Positions 8,025-16,052 of a DNA stretch of 32,000 nt are shown piece after piece. The DNA is from an uncultured Planctomycetia bacterium (GTDB lineage: Bacteria; Omnitrophota; Gorgyraeia; Duberdicusellales; 4484-171). How positions within the stretch are numbered: the first letter of the stretch is position 1; each line of letters opens with the position of its first letter. The notes beneath the pieces were generated by a model. It worked only from the letters and a program-made list of their open reading frames with translations. It ran no database searches and had not been told where the DNA came from. The stretch spans positions 1 through 32,000 of the forward strand of contig CAZHYN010000008.1 in NCBI GenBank assembly GCA_964536865.1, written 5' to 3'. A program made the position numbers and the translations under genes.

Positions 8025-8203
8025 TTGATGAAGAGTTATTAAAGATTTTAGTTTGTCCTGCTTGCAAAGAAGAGGTAGTATTAAAAAATAATAAATTGGT
8101 ATGTAAGAAATGTCGAAGAGCTTACCCTATAAAAGATGGAATACCGATAATGTTGATAGAGGAGGCGCAAATTGAAGAAGAAGAAGAAGAAGAAGAAGAG
8201 TAG
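8021..8203 (+). CDS. Trm112/YcaR-like zinc-ribbon protein with a poly-Glu tail
   Basis: The sequence LLKILVCPACKEEV...CKKCRRAYPIKDGIPIMLIEEA matches the UPF0434/Trm112 pattern. The C-terminus is E9, encoded by the GAA repeat. Confidence 0.8.
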   Translation: MIDEELLKILVCPACKEEVVLKNNKLVCKKCRRAYPIKDGIPIMLIEEAQIEEEEEEEEE

Positions 8204-8642
8204 AATCTTGGTGATCCATGGACCTAATCTTCATTTGCTAGGAAGAAGAGAGACTAAAGTGTATGGGAAGTTCACTCTTAAGGAGTTAAATAATGAGCTT
8301 AAAGTGAAAGCTTCAGCCTTAAGAGTAGAGCTGGAATGTTTTCAATCAAATTCTGAAGGGGAAATAGTTAATAGAATCACTAATAGTGATTATGATTTTT
8401 TGATAATCAATCCTGCAGGCTATACTCATACTTCTATAGCCATAAGAGACGCTATCCTTGCTGCAGGTATCCCCACTATAGAAGTCCATATTTCTAACAT
8501 CTATAAGCGTGAAGATTTCCGAAGAAAGTCACTTATTTCCGATGTGGTTCAAGGAATGATTACTGGTTTAGGTAAGTATAGTTACTATCTTGCTTTAGAA
8601 GCGGCGGTTTACTTTCTAAGTGGAAGAAAGAGGAAGAATTAA
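8172..8642 (+). CDS. aroQ: Type II 3-dehydroquinate dehydratase
   Basis: The sequences ILVIHGPNLHLLGRRE..YG, FQSNSEGEIV, IINPAGYTHTSIAIRDA and EVHISNI are the AroQ signature. The poly-K N-terminus from the TTG at 8172 is doubtful. A TTG at 8208 or GTG at 8211 would give a canonical N-terminus. Confidence 0.9.
   Translation: MKKKKKKKKSRILVIHGPNLHLLGRRETKVYGKFTLKELNNELKVKASALRVELECFQSNSEGEIVNRITNSDYDFLIINPAGYTHTSIAIRDAILAAGIPTIEVHISNIYKREDFRRKSLISDVVQGMITGLGKYSYYLALEAAVYFLSGRKRKN
8174..8200. repeat. (GAA)8+GAG trinucleotide microsatellite spanning a gene junction
   Basis: GAA x8 at 8174-8197 is followed by GAG. It reads as poly-E in the Trm112-like frame and as poly-K in the tracked aroQ frame. 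Confidence 0.95.
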
Positions 8643-9684
8643 AGATTGTTTAAAATCTATAGAAAGAGCAGGCTTAGACGCCCTCCTTATCTCCAATCCC
8701 TATAATATAAAATATCTAGCAGGATTTAGAGAAGCTGATGGCTACCTACTAATATCTCCGAAGGGAGTAGTATATTTTACCAATTTTATTTATGCTCAAG
8801 AGGCTAAGAAAATAAATTTATGGAAGACCGAGGTTGTTGATTATAATTTATTTGAATCTATAACAAAAAAAATTTATGCTTTAAAAATCCATAACTTAGG
8901 ATTCGAGTCTAAGCATCTTCCTTTTCTAGAATACAAAGAGTTCAAAAAGAATTTGAGTGTGAGAGGGATCAATTTTATTAAGACTGTCGATATGGTGGAA
9001 AATTTAAGAGCAGTTAAAACTCGAAGAGAGATTGCTTTCATTAAAAAAGCAGTAAGTATCACTTTAGAGGGATTCAAGTTTGCTAAAGAATTATTAGATC
9101 CTGCTATTACTGAGAAAAAACTTGCTTTAGAGCTAGAAAGATTCCTTCGTATTAAAGGAGATAACGAAGTTGCCTTCTCTCCTGTAATAGGATTTGGGGA
9201 AAATTCTGCTTTTCCTCATCATCTTCCTAATTATGAGATTTTAGGAGAAAAAAAAATGATCATAATTGATTTAGGGGCAAAGTATTACGGATACTGTGCT
9301 GACTTGACAAGGGTATTTTTTTTGGATAAAATGCCTCTTTATTTAAGGAAAATTTATGATATTGTAAGAGGAGCAAAAGATCTAGTTTTAAAAAAAATAA
9401 AACCAGGACTTAAAGCTAAAGAGATAGATAAAATAGCTCGTCAGTTCATAGAAGAAAAAGGGAAAGGAAAAAATTTTGGCCATGGTTTAGGTCATGGTGT
9501 AGGTTTGTGTGTACACGAAAAACCATTTCTTAATCCTCAAAGTGAGGAGATAATAAAAGAAAATATGGTATTGACTATTGAGCCAGCTATCTATCTTCCT
9601 CATCAAATAGGAATAAGATTAGAGAGTATGGTTGTGGTTACCTCAAAAGGAGCAGAGGTTCTAGATGAGGCTTTCTATCAGTAG
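8620..9684 (+). CDS. pepP: Xaa-Pro aminopeptidase / M24 family peptidase
   Basis: A creatinase-like N-domain is followed by the M24 metal ligands in DLGAKYYGYCADLTR, HGLGHGVG and LTIEPAIY. It shows the classic aroQ-pepP-efp synteny and uses a GTG start. Confidence 0.85.
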   Translation: MEERGRIKDCLKSIERAGLDALLISNPYNIKYLAGFREADGYLLISPKGVVYFTNFIYAQEAKKINLWKTEVVDYNLFESITKKIYALKIHNLGFESKHLPFLEYKEFKKNLSVRGINFIKTVDMVENLRAVKTRREIAFIKKAVSITLEGFKFAKELLDPAITEKKLALELERFLRIKGDNEVAFSPVIGFGENSAFPHHLPNYEILGEKKMIIIDLGAKYYGYCADLTRVFFLDKMPLYLRKIYDIVRGAKDLVLKKIKPGLKAKEIDKIARQFIEEKGKGKNFGHGLGHGVGLCVHEKPFLNPQSEEIIKENMVLTIEPAIYLPHQIGIRLESMVVVTSKGAEVLDEAFYQ

Positions 9685-10225
9685 CTTAAGACCAGGGATA
9701 AGTATAAAGTATAATAACGAAATTTTCACTATCTTAGAGTGTGAGCATGCTAAATTAGGTAGAGGTTCCGCTTTCTGTAGAACAAGGCTAAAAAATCTAA
9801 GAACCTCCCAAGTTATAGATTGTACTCTAAGAGATTCAGATAATATCGAAGAAGCATTTATTGAGAAGAGAGGACTTCAATATCTTTATAGTGATGGGGA
9901 TATATTCCATTTTCTTGATTTGGAAACTTATGAGGATTTAGTGTTAGATAAATTGAGAATTGAGGAAAAAATCGAGTGGTTAAAGGATAATTTAGAGCTT
10001 ATTGGACTTTTCTATAATAATGAGCTTATTAACCTAGAGTTACCTCCCACCTTAGATTTAAAAGTTGTAGAGACAGAGCCTGGTTTTCGAGGAGATACAG
10101 TAAAGTCGGGTACAAAGCCAGCCAAACTTGAGACAGGATTAATTATTCAAGTTCCCCTTTTTATAAATAAAGGGGAAGTAATTAGAGTGGATACACGTAC
10201 AAAGGAATATTTGGGAAGAGTATAA
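9665..10225 (+). CDS. efp: Elongation factor P
   Basis: This 186-aa protein aligns without gaps to E. coli EF-P around the loop (EHAKLGRGSAFCRTRLKNL versus EFVKPGKGQAFARVKLRRL). It carries the C-terminal GDT..G.KPA.LETG..I.VP.F motif. Confidence 0.95.
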   Translation: MRLSISSLRPGISIKYNNEIFTILECEHAKLGRGSAFCRTRLKNLRTSQVIDCTLRDSDNIEEAFIEKRGLQYLYSDGDIFHFLDLETYEDLVLDKLRIEEKIEWLKDNLELIGLFYNNELINLELPPTLDLKVVETEPGFRGDTVKSGTKPAKLETGLIIQVPLFINKGEVIRVDTRTKEYLGRV

Positions 10226-10248
10226 ATAGGATTAAAGGGGGGTGTTAG

Positions 10249-10680
10249 GTGGATTTAGATAAATTAAAGGAACTTATCAAGTTTATGGATGAAAACGAAT
10301 TATGTGAATTGGAGATAGAAGAAGAAGGTAAACGAGTAAAGCTGAAAAAAATTTCTCGAGAACAGCCGCCCATAGTGTCTTCCTTGTCAGAAAGTGGAGT
10401 TAAACAGATTTCACCAGAGAAATTAGAAGAGGGAGAAGCACTTATAGAGATTAAAGCTCCTATGGTAGGGACTTTCTATCGCGCACCTGCTCCAGGAGCT
10501 AAGCCATTTGTAGATATTGGCGATGAGATTCAGCCAGGAGATGTTGTGTGTATTATTGAGGCGATGAAACTTATGAATGAAATTAAAGCAGAAATAGGAG
10601 GAAAGGTTGTTAAGGTTCTAGTAGAGAATGGAGCTCCTGTGGAATTTGGTGAACCACTTTTCTTAGTAAGGCCTTTGTAG
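10249..10680 (+). CDS. accB: Acetyl-CoA carboxylase biotin carboxyl carrier protein
   Basis: The biotinyl-lysine motif [10 protein letters not shown] is present. A Pro/Ala-poor linker precedes the lipoyl-like domain. It uses a GTG start with a GGGGGG SD. Confidence 0.95.
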   Translation: MDLDKLKELIKFMDENELCELEIEEEGKRVKLKKISREQPPIVSSLSESGVKQISPEKLEEGEALIEIKAPMVGTFYRAPAPGAKPFVDIGDEIQPGDVVCIIEAMKLMNEIKAEIGGKVVKVLVENGAPVEFGEPLFLVRPL

Positions 10681-10686
10681 AAGGAT

Positions 10687-12036
10687 ATGTTTTCCAAAGT
10701 GTTAGTAGCTAATCGAGGAGAAATTGCTATAAGGATTATGAGAGCCTGTAAAGAATTAGGAATAACTACTGTAGCGGTTTATTCTGAGGGTGATAAAGAT
10801 TCTCTTCATCTAGAATTTGCTGATGAAGCAGTTTGCATTGGTAAAGCACCTCCCCAGGATAGCTATCTTAATATTTCTAGTATAATAAGTGCTGCTGAGA
10901 TTACTGATAGCGATGCTATTCATCCTGGCTATGGTTTTCTAGCAGAGAATCCTTATTTTGCCGAAATTTGTGAATCATGCGGAATAAAGTTTATTGGCCC
11001 CTCCTCCCAGAGTATCCGACTTATGGGAGATAAAATAAAGGCAAAAGAGACGATGGCTAAAGCAGGTTTACCTCTTGTTCCAGGGAGTAGAAAAGTGCTA
11101 AATTCAAAAGAAGAAGCACTCTCCTTGGCTAACCGTTTAGGTTATCCTGTTATGCTTAAAGCAAAAGCAGGGGGCGGAGGGAAGGGAATGCGTATATGCC
11201 ATAGTGATGTAAGGCTTATTAGTGCTTTTATGACTGCTCAGTCGGAGGCAGAGGCTGCTTTTGGTGATTCGGAAATCTATATGGAAAAATTTTTAGAAAA
11301 GCCACGTCATATAGAGATTCAGATTGCTGCAGATAATTATGGTAATGTAATTCATTTAGGTGAAAGAGATTGTAGTATTCAAAGAAGGCATCAGAAGTTG
11401 ATCGAAGAAGCTCCTTCACCAGTAGTAGATTTAAAGACTAGAAGAAAATTAGGGGAGTTAGTAGTCAGAGCTATTAAAAGTATAAACTATACTAGTGTAG
11501 GTACGGTAGAGTTTATCTTTTTTGAAAATAACTTTTACTTTATAGAAATGAATACAAGAGTTCAAGTTGAACATCCTGTGACCGAGGAACTTACAGGGAT
11601 AGATTTAGTGAAACTCCAAATCCTTATAGCTGCGGGAGAAAAAATAAAGTTAAGACAAGAAGAGATTAATTTTTCAGGAGTAGCTCTTGAATGTAGGATA
11701 AATGCTGAGGATCCGGAAAGAGACTTTGTTCCCTCTCCGGGAAGAGTAGATTTCTGTTACTTCCCTGGAGGTAAAGACATAAGGATTGATACTCATCTAT
11801 ATGGAGGTTATGTTATTCCTCCCTATTACGATTCTCTTATAGCAAAAATAATTTCCAAGGGAAAGACGAGAGAGGAAGCTATTAGGAAGATGGATAGAGC
11901 ACTGTCAGAGACTATAGTGGAACCAATCAAGACAACGGTAGCTTTCTGTCGACAAGTTATAAATGATCCTGATTTTAAGAGAGGCATCTATCATACAGAT
12001 TTTCTTAAGAAATTTATACCTAAGGAGGGTGAGTGA
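10687..12036 (+). CDS. accC: Acetyl-CoA carboxylase biotin carboxylase subunit
   Basis: The sequences KVLVANRGEIAIRI, GYGFLAEN, the ATP-grasp loop KAKAGGGGKGMR, and EMNTRVQVEHPVTE are present. Length is 449 aa. Confidence 0.97.
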   Translation: MFSKVLVANRGEIAIRIMRACKELGITTVAVYSEGDKDSLHLEFADEAVCIGKAPPQDSYLNISSIISAAEITDSDAIHPGYGFLAENPYFAEICESCGIKFIGPSSQSIRLMGDKIKAKETMAKAGLPLVPGSRKVLNSKEEALSLANRLGYPVMLKAKAGGGGKGMRICHSDVRLISAFMTAQSEAEAAFGDSEIYMEKFLEKPRHIEIQIAADNYGNVIHLGERDCSIQRRHQKLIEEAPSPVVDLKTRRKLGELVVRAIKSINYTSVGTVEFIFFENNFYFIEMNTRVQVEHPVTEELTGIDLVKLQILIAAGEKIKLRQEEINFSGVALECRINAEDPERDFVPSPGRVDFCYFPGGKDIRIDTHLYGGYVIPPYYDSLIAKIISKGKTREEAIRKMDRALSETIVEPIKTTVAFCRQVINDPDFKRGIYHTDFLKKFIPKEGE

Positions 12037-12383
12037 GTAAGGAAATAACATCTGAATACGGAGAGATTAAAATACATCGTAAGGTAATCTCAGAAGTGGT
12101 AGAGTTAGCAGCTAAAGAAGTAGAGGGAGTGAAAAAAGTTGGACTTGATTGTTACGGTATAGTAGGTAAAATACTAAAATTGTTCAGGGTTTCGGCGGTT
12201 AGAGTAAGTATGGAGTCTACTAGAGAAGTAAAAGTTTCTCTCCCTATAATAGTGGAGTATAATTTCAATGCTGTTGATGTGGCCTGTCAAGTTCAGAGGA
12301 AAGTGGCTACTAAGCTGCTCCAAACTCTAAATATAGATTTTTTAAATGTTGATGTTAAGGTAAAGAGAATAGAGAGGGGGTAA
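12033..12383 (+). CDS. Asp23/Gls24 family envelope stress protein
   Basis: This 116-aa protein has the sequence GEIKIHRKVISEVVELAAKEVEGV, typical of Asp23. It is coupled to the accC stop. Confidence 0.8.
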   Translation: MSKEITSEYGEIKIHRKVISEVVELAAKEVEGVKKVGLDCYGIVGKILKLFRVSAVRVSMESTREVKVSLPIIVEYNFNAVDVACQVQRKVATKLLQTLNIDFLNVDVKVKRIERG

Positions 12384-12384
12384 G

Positions 12385-12957
12385 ATGGGTATTATAAGTA
12401 TAGTGATCTATGTGATAGTTTCTTTTCTTGTAGGGATTCTTTTCATTTCTTTATGGTTAAATATTATTACACCTTCAGTTATCGCTCACTATCTTGAAAG
12501 ATTTCTTTCTGATCCTTTGAATCAGTTAAACTTGGGCTTAATTGGATTAGTGGTGATCTTTGCTTGTTTAGCTTTTCTTGCAAGGTTGTCTAAAGGGAGA
12601 AGAGAGAAAGCTATTATTATTCAAACACCACAAGGAGTGTTAACTATAGGACTTGCTGCTATAGAAGATATGATCAAAAAAATGTTTGAGAGTAAGGAAG
12701 AGTTAGTTTATGTTAAACCTAAGGCATTTCTTACTAGGAAAGGTTTAGAGATTCTGATAAGAGGAAGCCTTAATTCTGAAATTAATTTAGCGGATTTCAG
12801 CTTACAAGTGCAGGAAGAGATAAAAAGGAAGATCGAACATATTTTGGGAGGAGCCACAGAAATTAAGGTTAATCTAGAAGTAAAGAAGTTTTCTTTCTCT
12901 CCACGAAAGGAGAGAAAAGAAGAGCCTCAGCCTCAAGTACCTTTTAGAAATTATTAG
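12385..12957 (+). CDS. amaP: AmaP-like alkaline shock response membrane anchor protein
   Basis: Two N-terminal TM helices are followed by a soluble domain. It lies directly after asp23, the usual asp23-amaP pairing. The call rests mostly on context and architecture. Confidence 0.5.
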   Translation: MGIISIVIYVIVSFLVGILFISLWLNIITPSVIAHYLERFLSDPLNQLNLGLIGLVVIFACLAFLARLSKGRREKAIIIQTPQGVLTIGLAAIEDMIKKMFESKEELVYVKPKAFLTRKGLEILIRGSLNSEINLADFSLQVQEEIKRKIEHILGGATEIKVNLEVKKFSFSPRKERKEEPQPQVPFRNY

Positions 12958-12980
12958 TTAAAAGAAGGGAGGGTGGATCT

Positions 12981-14006
12981 ATGAAGATTGGCATTCTCAC
13001 TGGAGGAGGCGATTGTCCTGGGTTGAATCCAGTAATAAGAGCTATAGTAAGAAAAGCATCGAGCTTTAATGATACAGTGGTAGGCATAAGATATGGATGG
13101 AAAGGGCTTTTAGAGAAAGATTACCTTATGTTAGATTTAAATTCCGTTTCCGGAATACTTCCTAAGGGGGGAACGATTTTGGGTACCTCTCGGACTAATC
13201 CTTATAAGAAAGAAAATGGTCCCCAAATAGTTAAGAATAATTTTAAAGAGTTAGTTTTAGATGCTCTCATTGTTATAGGAGGAGAAGATACTTTAGGAGT
13301 AGCAAATAATTTATATAAGGAAGGTCTTAATATTGTGGGTGTTCCTAAGACTATCGATAATGATCTATCTGCTACTGATTTTACTTTCGGATTTGATACA
13401 GCAGTGAATATTGTGATGGAATGTATTGATCGGTTGCACACTACTGCAGAGTCTCATAATCGTATTATAGTTGTAGAGGTAATGGGAAGGCATGCAGGAT
13501 GGATTGCTACCTACGCAGGGATGGCAGGAGGCGCAGATTATATTCTTATTCCAGAGATCCCTATAGATTTAAATGAGGTGTGTACTTCTATAAAAAATAG
13601 ACATGAAAGGGGTAAGAATTTTAGTATCATAGTGGTAGCTGAAGGAGCACGTTTTAAAGACGAATCTCTCTTTGTGCAAGAGAAGAAGGTTGATGAATTT
13701 GGTCATGTACGACTGGGTGGCATTGGTCATGCTTTAGGGAAGCTTATTGAGAAGAAAACAGGTTTTGAGACAAGAGTTACTGTGCTGGGATATATTCAGC
13801 GAGGAGGGAGTCCTACTGCTTTCGACAGAATCCTTGGTACTCGCTATGGAGTAAAAGCTTACGACTTAGTGAAAGAGGGTAAGTTTGGGAAGATGGTAGC
13901 TTTAAGAGGAAATCAGATTGTTGACGTTTCTTTAGAAGAGGCTACAGCTAAGCTAAAGACTGTTGATTTAGAACTCTACGAGATAGCGAAGATATTTTTT
14001 GGTTAA
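12981..14006 (+). CDS. pfkA: 6-phosphofructokinase (PfkA family, with PPi-type signature residues)
   Basis: The motifs GILTGGGDCPGLN, IGGEDTLGVA, VGVPKTIDNDL, MGRHAGW and LGYIQRGG are present. Length is 341 aa. Confidence 0.9.
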   Translation: MKIGILTGGGDCPGLNPVIRAIVRKASSFNDTVVGIRYGWKGLLEKDYLMLDLNSVSGILPKGGTILGTSRTNPYKKENGPQIVKNNFKELVLDALIVIGGEDTLGVANNLYKEGLNIVGVPKTIDNDLSATDFTFGFDTAVNIVMECIDRLHTTAESHNRIIVVEVMGRHAGWIATYAGMAGGADYILIPEIPIDLNEVCTSIKNRHERGKNFSIIVVAEGARFKDESLFVQEKKVDEFGHVRLGGIGHALGKLIEKKTGFETRVTVLGYIQRGGSPTAFDRILGTRYGVKAYDLVKEGKFGKMVALRGNQIVDVSLEEATAKLKTVDLELYEIAKIFFG

Positions 14007-14009
14007 TCT

Positions 14010-14591
14010 ATGGAGAAGATAATTAAGATTGCTATAGATTTCCACCGTCAAGCTCTTCTCTCTCTAGAAGACCAGACAGAGAAGTTAAAGGAGATTGCCA
14101 ATCTTTTTATTAGTTCTCTTAAAAAGAAGGGGAAGATTATATTTTTTGGTAATGGGGGAAGCTGTGCAGATGCTCAACATTTAGCTGCTGAGCTGGTAGG
14201 TAGATTTAAGAGAAATAGAGCTTCTCTAGCCGCCTTAGCTTTATCTACTAATCCTTGCATTCTTACTGCATTAGGAAATGACTACGGTTTTGAAGAAGTA
14301 TTTTCCAAGCAGATAGAGGCTTTAGTGGATTCTAAGGATGTAGTTGTAGGAATTTCTACTTCTGGGGTCTCCAAAAATGTTATAGAGGCGATAAAGAAGG
14401 CAAAGGAGATAGGAGCTTACACAGTAGGATTGTTAGGTAGAGATGGAGGAGAGCTTAAAGATTTGGTAGATATAGCCTTGATAGTTAAGGCTTACGAAGT
14501 ACCTAGAATTCAAGAAATGCATATTCTTATAGGTCATATCTTGTGTGAGATTGTAGAGGAGGCTTTGTTTGGCGAAGGTAAAGAAACTTAA
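14010..14591 (+). CDS. gmhA: D-sedoheptulose 7-phosphate isomerase (SIS domain)
   Basis: The motifs FGNGGSCADAQHLAAELVGRF, LSTN and GISTSG are present. Length is 193 aa. Confidence 0.85.
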   Translation: MEKIIKIAIDFHRQALLSLEDQTEKLKEIANLFISSLKKKGKIIFFGNGGSCADAQHLAAELVGRFKRNRASLAALALSTNPCILTALGNDYGFEEVFSKQIEALVDSKDVVVGISTSGVSKNVIEAIKKAKEIGAYTVGLLGRDGGELKDLVDIALIVKAYEVPRIQEMHILIGHILCEIVEEALFGEGKET

Positions 14592-15033
14592 TGAACTTAA
14601 AAAAATTCTGAATAGATTGAAAAAAGAGGGTAAAAAAATCGTTTTTACTAATGGGTGTTTCGACATTCTCCATCCTGGACACATAAAAGTGATAAAAGAA
14701 GCTAAAAGTAAAGGTGATATCTTAGTAGTAGGGATAAATTCTGATAGTTCGGTAAGAAAAATAAAAGGTCCTCAAAGACCTATTTTAGATGAGAGAGCAA
14801 GAGCCAAAGTAGTTTCTGCTTTAGAAGATGTGGATTTTGTAATAATTTTTAAACAATCTACACCTCTAAATTTAATAAAGGCGATTAAACCACATTACTT
14901 AGTGAAGGGTTCTGACTGGGAGAAGAAAAATATTGTAGGAAGAGACTTAGTGAAAAAAGTGTTTACAGTAAAGATTCTCAAAGGATATTCTACAACAGAG
15001 ATAGTTAATAGAATAAAAGAAAGTGTCAATTAA
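14569..15033 (+). CDS. rfaE2: D-glycero-beta-D-manno-heptose 1-phosphate adenylyltransferase (RfaE domain II type)
   Basis: The cytidylyltransferase motif FTNGCFDILHPGHI is present, followed by LVVGINSD.S. Length is 154 aa. It is adjacent to gmhA. Confidence 0.85.
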   Translation: MAKVKKLNELKKILNRLKKEGKKIVFTNGCFDILHPGHIKVIKEAKSKGDILVVGINSDSSVRKIKGPQRPILDERARAKVVSALEDVDFVIIFKQSTPLNLIKAIKPHYLVKGSDWEKKNIVGRDLVKKVFTVKILKGYSTTEIVNRIKESVN

Positions 15034-15457
15034 GTTTGATATCTTTAAGATAATAGATGTTAACTTTAATCGAGCCAAGGAAGGTCTCAGGGTTATAGAA
15101 GATACTTTTCGTTTTATCTTAAGAAACGACCGCTTAAGAAAAAGAACTCGTAAAGTTAGGCATTCTTTAGATAGAATTGTGGAGGGGGGATTCTTTAAGG
15201 GTAAACTAATAAAGGCACGTAATGTAAAAGAAGATTTAGGTAAGGATTATGACTTTTTAGAGAAGAAAAGGAAAAACGTAGAGGAAATTCTTTATGTTAA
15301 TCTTCAGAGAGTAAAAGAGTCCTTAAGAGTCTTAGAAGAGTTTCTTAAACTAATAGATGAGAAGAAAGCAGGAGTTATAAAAAAGACTAGGTTTAAGGTT
15401 TATGAGTTGGAAAAATGTACTTTCTCGAAATGGCCTTCTCTACGCAATACTGGATAA
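15023..15457 (+). CDS. ThiE N-terminal-extension-like domain protein (possibly the 5' half of a split or frameshifted thiE)
   Basis: The sequence IIDVNFNRAKEGLRVIEDTFRF resembles the extra N-terminal domain fused to thiamine-phosphate synthase in several anaerobes (from memory). It overlaps the thiE ORF by 56 nt in another frame. Confidence 0.5.
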   Translation: MSIKFDIFKIIDVNFNRAKEGLRVIEDTFRFILRNDRLRKRTRKVRHSLDRIVEGGFFKGKLIKARNVKEDLGKDYDFLEKKRKNVEEILYVNLQRVKESLRVLEEFLKLIDEKKAGVIKKTRFKVYELEKCTFSKWPSLRNTG

Positions 15458-16052
15458 GGGAATTATAGAACAGAAGCAATTAGATATGTTTTCTCTTGCA
15501 GAAAGACTCCTTGATTACGGTGTAGATATTCTTCAATTTCGATTTAAGGATCTCTCTGATAATTTAGCTTTACACCTCGCCAAAAGGCTTTCTAAGATAG
15601 TTTATAATAGAGAAGCAATTTTCCTTGTTAATGACCGTGTAGATATCGCTTACCTCTCTGGAGCTAATGGGGTGCATTTAGGGAGGGATGACATTCCTCC
15701 TGGTGAGGCCCGCAGGATTTTAGGGAAGAAGAGAATTATTGGCAAAACCATTCACTCTTTGGAAGAATTCAATAAATTTAAAAGTGAACCTGTGGATTAC
15801 TTTAGTTTTGGTCCTGTATTCAAATCTTCAATAAAACCTTATCTCCCTCTCTGGAGCAAAGATTCCTTGAAGAATACTATAAGGAAAGTAAAGAAGAAGT
15901 ATTTTGTTGTAGGAGGAATAAGTTTAAGAAATGTAAATTCGGTGGTAAGAATGGGCATCAAGAATATAGCTGTATGCAGGGGGTTAATCTTGAGTAAAGA
16001 TTTGAAAAAAACCGTAAGGAGCTTTAAGAAATGTTTAGAAAAAGTATCTTAA
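15402..16052 (+). CDS. thiE: Thiamine-phosphate synthase
   Basis: LYAILD is followed by VDILQFR.K, NDRVDIA...GANGVHLG..D, SFGPVF.S and GGI, typical of the TMP-TENI fold. Confidence 0.85.
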   Translation: MSWKNVLSRNGLLYAILDKGIIEQKQLDMFSLAERLLDYGVDILQFRFKDLSDNLALHLAKRLSKIVYNREAIFLVNDRVDIAYLSGANGVHLGRDDIPPGEARRILGKKRIIGKTIHSLEEFNKFKSEPVDYFSFGPVFKSSIKPYLPLWSKDSLKNTIRKVKKKYFVVGGISLRNVNSVVRMGIKNIAVCRGLILSKDLKKTVRSFKKCLEKVS

